This document shows positions 9,953 to 19,443 of a stretch of 64,000 nucleotides of DNA, in pieces. The stretch is from contig CAWCJE010000004.1 of NCBI GenBank assembly GCA_963795685.1, positions 45,437 to 109,436 on the forward strand. Reading direction: 5' to 3'. Origin of the DNA: an uncultured Gammaproteobacteria bacterium (GTDB lineage Bacteria; Pseudomonadota; Gammaproteobacteria; Steroidobacterales; Steroidobacteraceae). The position numbers and the translations under genes are program-made. The first letter of the stretch is position 1. Each line of letters starts with the position of its first letter. A model generated the notes under the pieces. The model searched no databases. It saw only the letters and a list, made by a program, of their open reading frames with translations, and was not told where the DNA came from.

Positions 9953-11167
9953 TTGCGAATCGCGCTGATCTTCTATTCGTTCCCGCGGGATATGGGATAT
10001 TCCATCACCATGCTGGCGCGATATCTGTCTCGGTTCGGTGCTGATGTGCACTACGTCACGACTGACTTGCCCGTGTACCACAAGAGCCAAGACGCCCGCT
10101 CAGCGTATAATCAGTTTAGCGCGGATACCACGCTGACGCCCGGTACCACAGAGAAATACGATGGGTACACTGTCCACTGTGTCGGACATCGATACATTTG
10201 TGCCGTCCCGATGTTTATCGGACTAGCAGAAAAGTTGCGCGAGATAAATCCCGATATTGTCCAGCTCTATATAAACGCCGGATGGGTCCCCTTGCAGACC
10301 GCCGCCGCCAAGATACCTGAAAAGTTCAAGCTCTTCTCGGCAGCACATACTACCGTCTCGGTATTTCCACTCGCGCGCCGCGAGACACGCTTCTGGGACC
10401 TCGAGTGGATTGCAAATCTATTTTCGAGAGTTCTACCCGGTCGCATAGTGAGTTTATTCACTGAGAAGTGCTACGCGGCGACTGATGACTGCGCGGAGGT
10501 CGCAGTTCGATTCTACGGAATGCCCAAAAGCAAAATCGTGATTGCACCTCTCGGGGTGGACACCGAAAACTTCTACCCGATAAGCACAAACAAGGATGCT
10601 ATAAGCCGGGCAAGCGTTCGCGCTGATGTGGGCTTCAGTGACGGAGAGGTAGTGTGCATTTACACCGGCCAGTTTACGGACGCAAAAAACCCTATCATTT
10701 TGGCGCGCGCCGTCGCCATGTTGCGCGCCCGAGGCAAATCGGTGCGCGGACTATTCATAGGCAATGGGTCTCAGTGGGACGACATCGCGAAATGCGACGG
10801 ATGCGTTGCACTTCCATTCAGACCGCATCGAGAATTGCCAAATTACTATCGGGCGTCCGACATTGGCGTGTGGCCCACGCAAGAGTCGATGTCAATGCTA
10901 GATGCGGCAGCCTGCGGATTGCCGATTATTGTGAACGATACGTTGTTGGCGCGGGAGCGCATAGACGGGAATGGTGTGATATATCGCCTGAATGACATTT
11001 CGGATCTCGCCGAGCAGATTGGTCTTTTGTTGGATCCTGAATATCGCTTACGGCTCGGGGCCGTCGGTGCGCGCCGGATGTCGCAGCTATTTAGTTGGGA
11101 GAGCATTGCAAAGCGCCGTTTGGCCGACTACGAGGCTGTCCTAGAGTCGCGCGATCGACTCATTTAG
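9953..11167 (+). CDS. glycosyltransferase, GT4 (GT-B) family
   Basis: TTG start with AAGGGA 7 nt upstream. The C-terminal domain carries YYRASDIGVWPTQESMSMLDAAACGLPIIVND (E-x7-E-like). Confidence 0.75.
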   Translation: MRIALIFYSFPRDMGYSITMLARYLSRFGADVHYVTTDLPVYHKSQDARSAYNQFSADTTLTPGTTEKYDGYTVHCVGHRYICAVPMFIGLAEKLREINPDIVQLYINAGWVPLQTAAAKIPEKFKLFSAAHTTVSVFPLARRETRFWDLEWIANLFSRVLPGRIVSLFTEKCYAATDDCAEVAVRFYGMPKSKIVIAPLGVDTENFYPISTNKDAISRASVRADVGFSDGEVVCIYTGQFTDAKNPIILARAVAMLRARGKSVRGLFIGNGSQWDDIAKCDGCVALPFRPHRELPNYYRASDIGVWPTQESMSMLDAAACGLPIIVNDTLLARERIDGNGVIYRLNDISDLAEQIGLLLDPEYRLRLGAVGARRMSQLFSWESIAKRRLADYEAVLESRDRLI

Positions 11168-11198
11168 ACACGGATTTCTAATACTTTAGCGGTGACAA

Positions 11199-11972
11199 AT
11201 GGACACGGTTGGTGTAGACCCGAAACTGCAGCAAAACTATGACGACTACTATCACGCCGATATCTCAGCATGGCGTGAACTGGGCGCCATAGACAAGGCA
11301 ACTAATATCCGCAGTTTGTGTAGCGCGTTCGCTCCAAAATCGATTTTGGATATTGGCGCGGGTGAGGGATCGGTATTGCGGTGCCTTGCCGACAGTGGAT
11401 TTGGGGAACGACACTTCGCAATCGACATTTCAGCCTCGGGAGTGGAGCGAATTAGGGATCGGAAAATACCGACGCTGATTGAATGCCTGCAATTCGACGG
11501 TGTCAGAGTTCCATATCCCGATGGGACGTTTGACCTCGCGATATTGAGTCATGTGCTCGAACATGTAGAGCACCCTAGATTGCTAATCAATGAGGCAGCT
11601 AGAGTCGCTCGCCTTGTATTTATTGAGGTACCACTGGAACACAATCGACGGCTTCCGAAGAACTACGTATGGGATTCCGTGGGCCATATTAACTTCTACA
11701 CAGCGCAGACCATCAGGTTACTCGTGCAGTCCTGTGGACACGAAGTGATTTCCCAGTGCGAGACTCATTCGGCGCGAGAACTCTATACTTATCGGCTCGG
11801 AAAGAAGGGAGTCGCCGCTCATTTGCTGAAGGAGATCGCGTTGCGCACATTGCCCTCCATGGCACAGCGCCTGTGGACTTATCATTCTTCATTGCTCGTG
11901 CGTCCGCACCAGCCGCCAAATAGTGGCATATCACTGGAACAGCAACACGACGTCGCCAACGGTTCTCGGTAA
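11199..11972 (+). CDS. class I SAM-dependent methyltransferase
   Basis: Motif I ILDIGAGEGS, plus FDLAILSHVLEHVEHP. Confidence 0.75.
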   Translation: MDTVGVDPKLQQNYDDYYHADISAWRELGAIDKATNIRSLCSAFAPKSILDIGAGEGSVLRCLADSGFGERHFAIDISASGVERIRDRKIPTLIECLQFDGVRVPYPDGTFDLAILSHVLEHVEHPRLLINEAARVARLVFIEVPLEHNRRLPKNYVWDSVGHINFYTAQTIRLLVQSCGHEVISQCETHSARELYTYRLGKKGVAAHLLKEIALRTLPSMAQRLWTYHSSLLVRPHQPPNSGISLEQQHDVANGSR

Positions 11973-11979
11973 TGCGTAG

Positions 11980-13188
11980 GTGAGGGTGCTGCACATCATC
12001 GAGACGATGGCACCCCATGAGGGAGGACCTCCACGCGTGGTTGCTGGATTGGCCGGAGCGCAGTGCTCCGCGGGTATTGATGCGCACGTGTTTAGCGGTG
12101 ATGGGGGCGATCTCGCTACCCATATGCAATATTGGCGAGACAACGCTGCTGAGTTGTCGGCCGCAAGCGTTCACACGGTGTTCGAATCAGGCATAGGTGG
12201 CCGAACCGTGGCAGTTCGTGCGTGGTTGTTAGCGAATGTGACTCAATACGACGTCGTGCACATACATTCTCTCTGGCGAGCGGTCCCGACCCTTGCCGCA
12301 ATGGCGTGCCGACAATTGAATGTGCCGTATTTGATCGCGCCACATACTGCGTTGTCCCCATGGGCGCTTGCACAGAAGAGTTTGAAGAAACGGTTGGCGC
12401 GCATGTTGGTCTGGAATCGACTCTTGGGAGCAGCAGCGGGATTCCACGCCCTGAATGAGCTCGAAGCGGATGAAATAAGGAATCTCTGCGGTGGGGCGTC
12501 TTCGCGAATATTCGTTGTGCCAAACGGCGTATCTCTGGCGGAATTCTCTGCTAATAGCGCAATCGACCTGGCGGTACTTTCCGGGGCAAACTCATCATTG
12601 CTCAATGGCAGGCCTTTTGTACTCTTTTTGGCTCGGCTCCATAAAATGAAGGGTCCCGATTTGTTACTGGAAGCGTTTGCACGCATTGCAAATCAGGAGC
12701 CGGAGCTGAATCTCGTATTTGCGGGGCCAGATTTCGGCATGCTCGCGGCTCTGCAAGAGCGGGTGGCACAACTCGGCCTTGCAAATCGCATATTCTTTCC
12801 GGGATTAACATCAGGTAATTTCAAATTGTGGCTATTGAAAAGTGCCGTGTGTCTTTGTCAGCCGAGCAGGAGCGAGGGTTTCAGTCTCAGTATTCTTGAG
12901 GCATTGGCAAGTGCTTGTCCCGTGGTCATCTCGGATTGCTGTAAGTTTCCGGCCGTCATGGAGTTGGGGGCCGGAATTGTCGTGCCATTGGCCGTCGAGA
13001 ACATTGCGGCGGGTTTGCAAATTTATACGCATGATTTGACGCGTCGCGCCGCAGATGGTCTGGCGGCTCGCCAGCTAATTGAACGGAGCTATACGTGGGA
13101 GATAGTGTCTAAGCAGGCCGAGAAAATGTATGCCCAGGCAGTCACCCCAGCAGCCGCCATAGCCACGAGTGTTGACCAACACCGATGA
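11980..13188 (+). CDS. glycosyltransferase, GT4 (GT-B) family
   Basis: MRVLHIIETMAPHEGGPPRVV N-terminus and PSRSEGFSLSILEALASACPVVISD. Confidence 0.8.
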   Translation: MRVLHIIETMAPHEGGPPRVVAGLAGAQCSAGIDAHVFSGDGGDLATHMQYWRDNAAELSAASVHTVFESGIGGRTVAVRAWLLANVTQYDVVHIHSLWRAVPTLAAMACRQLNVPYLIAPHTALSPWALAQKSLKKRLARMLVWNRLLGAAAGFHALNELEADEIRNLCGGASSRIFVVPNGVSLAEFSANSAIDLAVLSGANSSLLNGRPFVLFLARLHKMKGPDLLLEAFARIANQEPELNLVFAGPDFGMLAALQERVAQLGLANRIFFPGLTSGNFKLWLLKSAVCLCQPSRSEGFSLSILEALASACPVVISDCCKFPAVMELGAGIVVPLAVENIAAGLQIYTHDLTRRAADGLAARQLIERSYTWEIVSKQAEKMYAQAVTPAAAIATSVDQHR

Positions 13189-13985
13189 GTGCACGCTGGG
13201 CGGATTATATTGGGCCTCGCGTCAAAATGGCATTTGGTCGCACCGTGGCCTCACTCGGCGACATCGTATTCTTGCGACGCGATCCCAATTTGCAGTTAGT
13301 GCGCATGGGGACGGATTATGGTGGTTGGTATTGTTGTCGAAAGCTCTTATCGTTTGGGTCTACGGGCCTGTGCTGCGGAGCCGGAGAAGATGTGTCATTT
13401 GACGTGGCTCTTAATGCCAAATGCGGTATGCGAGTCGTGTGTGTCGATCCGACGCCGCGTTCCATAAGCCACGTCACCTCATTGCTTGCCGCTAATCGTG
13501 AAGGGCGGCAATTTCCAATCGAGTCAGGACCATTGCAGTATGAAATGACCGGATTCCAGGAATCCAGGTTCATCTTCATCGGGCGCGCAATCTGGTCAAA
13601 AGACGGAACGCTGGATCTGTTCGCGCCTAAGGATCCCGCACACGTGAGCTTCTCTGCTATGAATTTGCAGCGTACTTCCCAAAAGATTCAAGTACGGTCA
13701 AGCTCAGTTGAATCCATAGTTGAGGAAGTCGGAATATCACACTTGTCGTTGGTGAAACTCGACATCGAAGGCGCGGAATATGAGGTATTGCGTGCGATGC
13801 TCGCCGCGGGGATTCACCCAGACCAACTGCTCATCGAATTTGATCAGGTAAATCAACCTCTCACGCCTTTTTTCTGGGTGGAGCTCATGCGTACCCTGCG
13901 GCAACTCCGGAAGGCAGGATATCGGTTAGTCCATCGGGACCGCGCGAACTATTCCTTTTTATTGATGTCTGCGCTAGGCGGGTGA
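13185..13985 (+). CDS. FkbM-family methyltransferase
   Basis: GAGEDVSFD, VCVDPTP and LVKLDIEGAEYEVLRAML motifs (Methyltransf_21 type). It overlaps the upstream stop. Confidence 0.7.
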   Translation: MSARWADYIGPRVKMAFGRTVASLGDIVFLRRDPNLQLVRMGTDYGGWYCCRKLLSFGSTGLCCGAGEDVSFDVALNAKCGMRVVCVDPTPRSISHVTSLLAANREGRQFPIESGPLQYEMTGFQESRFIFIGRAIWSKDGTLDLFAPKDPAHVSFSAMNLQRTSQKIQVRSSSVESIVEEVGISHLSLVKLDIEGAEYEVLRAMLAAGIHPDQLLIEFDQVNQPLTPFFWVELMRTLRQLRKAGYRLVHRDRANYSFLLMSALGG

Positions 13986-14105
13986 GGGAAGCGGGTTGAT
14001 TTGCATAAATTCAATCCAGGGGTGGCCTCCAAAGAAGCTAAACTGCCCCGACTTCTGGCGCTGAAGTGTTGCTTTTAGGAAATTGGTTTGAGGCAAGAAG
14101 CAAAG

Positions 14106-16064
14106 ATGTTGGGGAATGGGTGGTTTTCGACGGCAGTTCGGGCCTCAGTCCGAGTCACGTCAATTCTATTCATCAGTTCCTGCAACGGCAGCGGGTATAC
14201 CCCAGACATGGCCCAAACGGAGGACCCCGGAACGCCGCCGCAGGTCGCGTCTGATGCCGACGCTACGGGCCTGATCTCCCAAGTTGTACTTGGCGACGGT
14301 CCGGCCGTGGTTTCGTTGTTTTCCTCGGGCGTAGTCTACTTTAGCCCCAATGGTCGCAATCCGGGCGGGGGTTGTTCCGTTGCTACTTCCACGGTCGAGC
14401 AGGTGTGCACGGTCGTTGCGTATTCGCCCAAGGCGAACCTGGGAAATGCTCAACTTCTGCAGATTGTGCCGACCCCGACCGGAGTCGAGGCGTTGCTTGA
14501 CAACGGGCGGGTGTTTTTTAGTCCCGATGGCATCAACTTGAGCGGGGGAGGGAACTCTATCGCTGAAAACGACGATTGCACGCCGGTTCAAAAGCTCGTC
14601 GTCGGCGTGCCCTACATGTATGGTTTAGCAAAAGCGGTTTCATCGGATCTTTCGGCAACTTGCGGCACAGATGTGAAACCAAATTCCTTGGGTGTGGACA
14701 ATCGCACCAGAAATGGAACCGGAAACCTGGTGTACGTAGGCTATGAGATGCCTCGCGTGATTGATATGGCCGCGTTGGGTACCAGCGGCGCCCTAGTATC
14801 CTTGCTCGCCGACGGCACGGCCGTGTACAGCGCAAATTACAAGACCGCGCCTCCGAGTACTGGAGCAGTTGTTGCCTATACGGGACTATCCAGTCCGGCG
14901 CGCATCGTGACTGTAGGCGGTGGGGTCGAGACAGCGTTCTCCGATGGTAGTGTCTATCTGAGTCCAGATGGCTTGAATCTTGGTGGCGGCGGACGAACCG
15001 TAAGAGTTAATCCCTGGGTACTGGTAACACCGCACGCTGAATTTGGCGCCTCATACGGCGGGCGCGACAGTGCCAAGGGAACAATTTTTCAGGGGAAGCT
15101 ATGGCTGAGCGGCGGTTTTCACGGACCCCAAGGCAGTACCACTGCGGATTGCGGGCGCGTGTGCAGTTTCTACGACTTGTGGTACTCAGCGGACTGGGGT
15201 CAAACATGGATACAAGCTCAGTTTAACGGGGCACCCAGCGATAATCAGCCGGCTGGTGCCTACGATTCTTACAGCCCCCTGTTCGCATTTGGCGATGCCT
15301 TGTGGGCTCTGGGCACCACGTTGTGGGGATCGGCCAATACGGACGCTACCGGCGGGCTCAGTTCCGTGCAACTAAGCGGCCCGGCGCCCGCCGCCACACC
15401 GCCTGGTGAAAACAGCTGGGCGATTGCAGTTGGAAGCAACGCGTATTTTATAGATACGAACACGAGTCAGATCTCAATTAGTTCAGGCAATCTGACAACT
15501 TGGACACCAAGCACCACCATGACGACCTCGTCCAGCGCGCCGTTTTTGCCGCGATGCGGAGCCGGAGTTAAGTACGCTTTTAATAAGTTCTGGATTGTCG
15601 GCGGCGGAGCCTGCGATTCGTCTGCTAGTTACAATGATCTATGGTCCTCAATCGACGGATTAAACTGGGATCGCGAATCCAAACCTGCTGAATGGTCGCC
15701 AAGACTGTGGCCATGCATGGCCGTCGACACTTATGGGACCTTATGGCTGATTGGGGGTTACGGCGATAGCAGCCGATATGGTTTCTACACCCAGAACATG
15801 GCAGATGTCTGGTATTCCACGAACGGCGTAGACTGGAAACAGTACAAAGCTGCGGCCGGATCCGGCCTTCCAGACGATGGAATCTATCAGCCCAGGCACG
15901 CGCCAACGTGTTATGTACGACCCGATACTAATACTTTGATAATCGCTGCCGGGAAAGGAGGCTCCCGCGCCGATGATCTGCGTGATGCCACCAATGGGGA
16001 CTACGCAATCATGCGCGATGATGTGGTCTCTCTGGAGTTACCGGCAGCCAACCAGTTGCCTTGA
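14106..16064 (+). CDS. lipoprotein with N-terminal novel repeats and C-terminal Asp-box (BNR) beta-propeller
   Basis: Lipobox ILFISSC. Three to four copies of a LLxDGxVYFSPDGxNLGGGG-like repeat. Asp-boxes YSADWGQTW (~15183-15209), SSIDGLNW (15645-15668) and STNGVDW. Confidence 0.55.
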   Translation: MLGNGWFSTAVRASVRVTSILFISSCNGSGYTPDMAQTEDPGTPPQVASDADATGLISQVVLGDGPAVVSLFSSGVVYFSPNGRNPGGGCSVATSTVEQVCTVVAYSPKANLGNAQLLQIVPTPTGVEALLDNGRVFFSPDGINLSGGGNSIAENDDCTPVQKLVVGVPYMYGLAKAVSSDLSATCGTDVKPNSLGVDNRTRNGTGNLVYVGYEMPRVIDMAALGTSGALVSLLADGTAVYSANYKTAPPSTGAVVAYTGLSSPARIVTVGGGVETAFSDGSVYLSPDGLNLGGGGRTVRVNPWVLVTPHAEFGASYGGRDSAKGTIFQGKLWLSGGFHGPQGSTTADCGRVCSFYDLWYSADWGQTWIQAQFNGAPSDNQPAGAYDSYSPLFAFGDALWALGTTLWGSANTDATGGLSSVQLSGPAPAATPPGENSWAIAVGSNAYFIDTNTSQISISSGNLTTWTPSTTMTTSSSAPFLPRCGAGVKYAFNKFWIVGGGACDSSASYNDLWSSIDGLNWDRESKPAEWSPRLWPCMAVDTYGTLWLIGGYGDSSRYGFYTQNMADVWYSTNGVDWKQYKAAAGSGLPDDGIYQPRHAPTCYVRPDTNTLIIAAGKGGSRADDLRDATNGDYAIMRDDVVSLELPAANQLP

Positions 16065-16228
16065 GGACGCCCCCCGATCGTCCGGATCACATTCAAGTCA
16101 TCGATATCCTTTTTTGTGGCGCCACTCGAATAATATCTAGGCCCGGTCTTCGAACAGATGTTCTGTCAACGAGCGGCATGCCATGTTTAGGTGCAGGCAA
16201 GGTTACGGCGGGCATGTCGGAGTAAAAT

Positions 16229-16969
16229 ATGAAGATCACGATTATCACCGTGACCCTCAACAACGAGACTACAGTCGCTGATACCCTGCGATCCGTTAAA
16301 TGCCAAACTTATGGGGATATCGAACACATTGTTGTAGACGGAGCGTCCACTGACGAGACGCTGCGTCAGGTAAGCGTTCATGGCCAACGAGTTTCGACGG
16401 TTCTGTCGGAGCCGGACGCCGGAATCTACGATGCAATGAACAAAGGCGCGCGGCTTGCATCCGGTGATTTGGTCGGTTTTCTGAATGCCGATGACATGCT
16501 GGCATTTCCGGGCGCAATCACTGCCATTGCAGAAGCTGCACGCGAGCCCAGAATAGACGCGGTATTTGGTGATCTGCTATACGTCAATAGGCTAAATACG
16601 GGGCGAGTTGTACGTCGCTGGCGTGGCAGCGAATACTCTTTGCAACGCTTGCACTGGGGCTGGATGCCATCGCATCCAACATTTTACGTGCGCAGGACAC
16701 AACTACTGCAACTAGGCGGCTTCGACTTAAGCCTAAAAATTGCGGCCGACTATGAATTCATGCTCCGCTATTTGAACCGACCCAAAATTCATGCGAAGTA
16801 TATACCGGAAGTTTTAGTCCGAATGCGCAGCGGCGGCGCTAGCAATCGATCACTGAAGGCCATGCTGACTAAGAGTCGAGAGGACCTGGCCGCGCTCCGA
16901 CGAAATAACGTCGGAGGCGCCCTTGCTTTGGTGTGCAAGAATGTTCGCAAGGTCTCGCAGTTCCTATGA
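16229..16969 (+). CDS. glycosyltransferase, GT2 family
   Basis: ITIITVTLNNETTVADTLRSVKCQTYGDIEHIVVDGASTDET, followed by LNADD (DxD-like). Confidence 0.8.
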   Translation: MKITIITVTLNNETTVADTLRSVKCQTYGDIEHIVVDGASTDETLRQVSVHGQRVSTVLSEPDAGIYDAMNKGARLASGDLVGFLNADDMLAFPGAITAIAEAAREPRIDAVFGDLLYVNRLNTGRVVRRWRGSEYSLQRLHWGWMPSHPTFYVRRTQLLQLGGFDLSLKIAADYEFMLRYLNRPKIHAKYIPEVLVRMRSGGASNRSLKAMLTKSREDLAALRRNNVGGALALVCKNVRKVSQFL

Positions 16970-17051
16970 GCCGCCACACAATGCGGTTCGCGACGTCCAA
17001 CTCTGATCTAAATACCGCCGACAGGAATTCGCGCGGCGGAGCCAATCCGAA

Positions 17052-17804
17052 ATGAGTTTCGCAACAGACCAGGAAGTTCTTTCCAAGCTTCAGCCCGAGG
17101 TTTGTGTTGGAGGCTACAGTGCGCTCGATGGGACGATCGAATTTTACGGAAGGCTTAAATCGCTTTTGCACTCTAGAATGCGAGTCGTCGACTTTGGTGC
17201 CGGCCGTGGCGCCTGGTTCGAAGATGACAACTCAATCTATAGGCGCGAGGTGAGGCTCATTAGAGGCTCCGTACAGGAAGTGATCGGATGCGATGTTGAC
17301 GATGCGGTGCTTTCCAATAGAGCCGTGGACAGGGCGGTGGTTATTCAGCCTCGCGCGCCTTTACCTTTCGAAGACTCCTCCATAGACCTTATTGTTTCCG
17401 ATTATGTATTCGAGCACATTACGGATCCGACATGGCTTGCAGGGGAATTTAGTAGGGTGCTTAGGCCCGGAGGTTGGATATGTGCGCGAACGCCAACTAA
17501 GTGCAACTACGTGTCTATAGCCGCGCGAATGATTCCGAATCTGAAGCACGCCCGTTTCTTGCGCTTCGCGCAACCGGGTAGAAAGTCCGAAGACGTATTT
17601 CCGACGGTATATCAATTGAATTCTCGTGGGAGTATCCGCAAGTATTTTAGTGCAGCGACTTTTCGGGATCACTCGTACATCTACAGTAATGAACCTCAAT
17701 ATTTCTTCGGGAGTCGGGTGGCCTATCGGTTGTTGCAATTCGTACATTGGCTCCTGCCGGCTGCGTTTCACGGCAATTTATTCGTTTTTCTGAGAAAGCT
17801 ATAG
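17052..17804 (+). CDS. class I SAM-dependent methyltransferase
   Basis: VVDFGAGRGAW motif I, plus IDLIVSDYVFEHITDP and LRPGGWI. Confidence 0.7.
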   Translation: MSFATDQEVLSKLQPEVCVGGYSALDGTIEFYGRLKSLLHSRMRVVDFGAGRGAWFEDDNSIYRREVRLIRGSVQEVIGCDVDDAVLSNRAVDRAVVIQPRAPLPFEDSSIDLIVSDYVFEHITDPTWLAGEFSRVLRPGGWICARTPTKCNYVSIAARMIPNLKHARFLRFAQPGRKSEDVFPTVYQLNSRGSIRKYFSAATFRDHSYIYSNEPQYFFGSRVAYRLLQFVHWLLPAAFHGNLFVFLRKL

Positions 17805-18072
17805 CCGAGCTAGCCCCACCGAACTCCCCGCAATTGGCGATGATCGATTACATCGCCTTCATAACTTGAGTAATTGATGTAATCCGCCCCTGTATGTCGG
17901 GCAAAATACAGGGTGTCACGATTGCAGAATTGTCGTGGCAGTCTGGCACTTCGTTGGCATCGGCGTTCTACCGCTTCGAAGCAACGATGTGACGCTGACG
18001 ACAGTCTTGGGCCCAGTCGAATGTCGGACGTTCAATTGGGTGGGATCTTTCACGAGCCAGGAGGTAATCCAC

Positions 18073-19443
18073 ATGAGTCACCTATGGAAACATGGCAAAG
18101 TGGCCTCGCAACTGGTGCTGGCGGTGGGCATGCTGATGGCGATATTTGGGTGGCCCAAACCCTCGTCGGCGCAAGCTACGGATACCCGCCCGTGTCAGCC
18201 TCATTCCGCCGCTGTAGAGGCGACGAGTTTTGGCGCCAAAGGAGACGGTTCCAGCGACAATGTACAGGCATTCAAGAGCGCCATTTCTTATGCCGCCAGA
18301 TGTTCAGTGCCGTCAATTCACATACCGGCGGGTACATATGTGTTTGTCGCACACGGACCTTCCGCCGGAATATTGTTGACGTCCAATCTTTCATTAATTG
18401 GAGACGGGGCGGACAAGACTAAATTGCAAGTCGCTGTGAGCGGGGCAGGGGCGAACTTTGACAGCCTATTGTGGGCTAGAAATCAGGACCACATTGAAAT
18501 TAAGGGCATTTACTTTGTGGGTAATAATACCCCGGTTAGCAATAGCGCCGGCCGCCAGCTTAATACCTATGGTTCGGCGCTAAGCGTACTTTTGGACGCA
18601 GCACCTGGTGCGAACGGCGCTCCCCGGAACCTCTCGCATTTTCTAATTGCAGACAGCGGTTTTGAGAATTTTAATGGCGCCGCGTGGATTCGCGTAATCA
18701 ACTCCAGCGAGAGCTATTCTATCGATGACCTTGAGATACGCGGCAGTCGGTTTGCCAGTCGTACCGGTAACGCAGTTAATCCGGGGGAAATCAGCTACAC
18801 GTCGAATGCGATTTCGGTAGTCGGTTCATTGACAAGTAAAGTTGGCTTGGTAACGAATGTCCGGATTTCTGGAAATACCATCGACGCGGCGCATCTCAAG
18901 GGAGGCGTGGCGCTTTGGGCGGGAGTACGCGGTGCTTCAGTTTCGGGTAATGCAATCGCTGACGCTGGAGCCGATACCGCCATTCCGAACGATAAGGGTG
19001 CTTACGCTGTGACCGTTTATGACAACGGATATTATTACGATAAGGACCATCCGCAGGGCGCCCATCATGGGGGAATTCGGCCTGATGACATCCATATCGA
19101 ACGCAACGTGATCACGCACCCCAAGTCCTGCGGCATCTATGTGGCGTCGGCGAATCGGGTCTGGATCGTGGGCAATAGAATTTCTGGTCAAAGTGACCCC
19201 GAGAACAAGACACTTGCCAAAGGGGCCATCGCGGTCGGCTACTCACTCAATGTCACCGTGACGGGAAATGAAATCTCGGGCAGCCATATCGGTATGACCT
19301 TGCTCGGGGGAGACTACTTCCACATCGTTGAGTCAAATAATTCGATCTCGGATATCCCTCCAGGCGGATACCGAGTTTTCCCATCCCGAGGCCCGCCACC
19401 TGCCATCCTTACTAGCTGGGCTGCTAACGGCGTGGGTACATAG
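18073..19443 (+). CDS. secreted right-handed beta-helix protein (pectate-lyase-3 / PbH1 repeat family)
   Basis: AGGAGG lies 7 nt before the ATG at 18073. Signal peptide ...GWPKPSSAQA. The N-terminal ATSFGAKGDGSSDNVQAFKSAISYA motif is followed by repeated GN.I.. PbH1 turns. Confidence 0.65.
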   Translation: MSHLWKHGKVASQLVLAVGMLMAIFGWPKPSSAQATDTRPCQPHSAAVEATSFGAKGDGSSDNVQAFKSAISYAARCSVPSIHIPAGTYVFVAHGPSAGILLTSNLSLIGDGADKTKLQVAVSGAGANFDSLLWARNQDHIEIKGIYFVGNNTPVSNSAGRQLNTYGSALSVLLDAAPGANGAPRNLSHFLIADSGFENFNGAAWIRVINSSESYSIDDLEIRGSRFASRTGNAVNPGEISYTSNAISVVGSLTSKVGLVTNVRISGNTIDAAHLKGGVALWAGVRGASVSGNAIADAGADTAIPNDKGAYAVTVYDNGYYYDKDHPQGAHHGGIRPDDIHIERNVITHPKSCGIYVASANRVWIVGNRISGQSDPENKTLAKGAIAVGYSLNVTVTGNEISGSHIGMTLLGGDYFHIVESNNSISDIPPGGYRVFPSRGPPPAILTSWAANGVGT

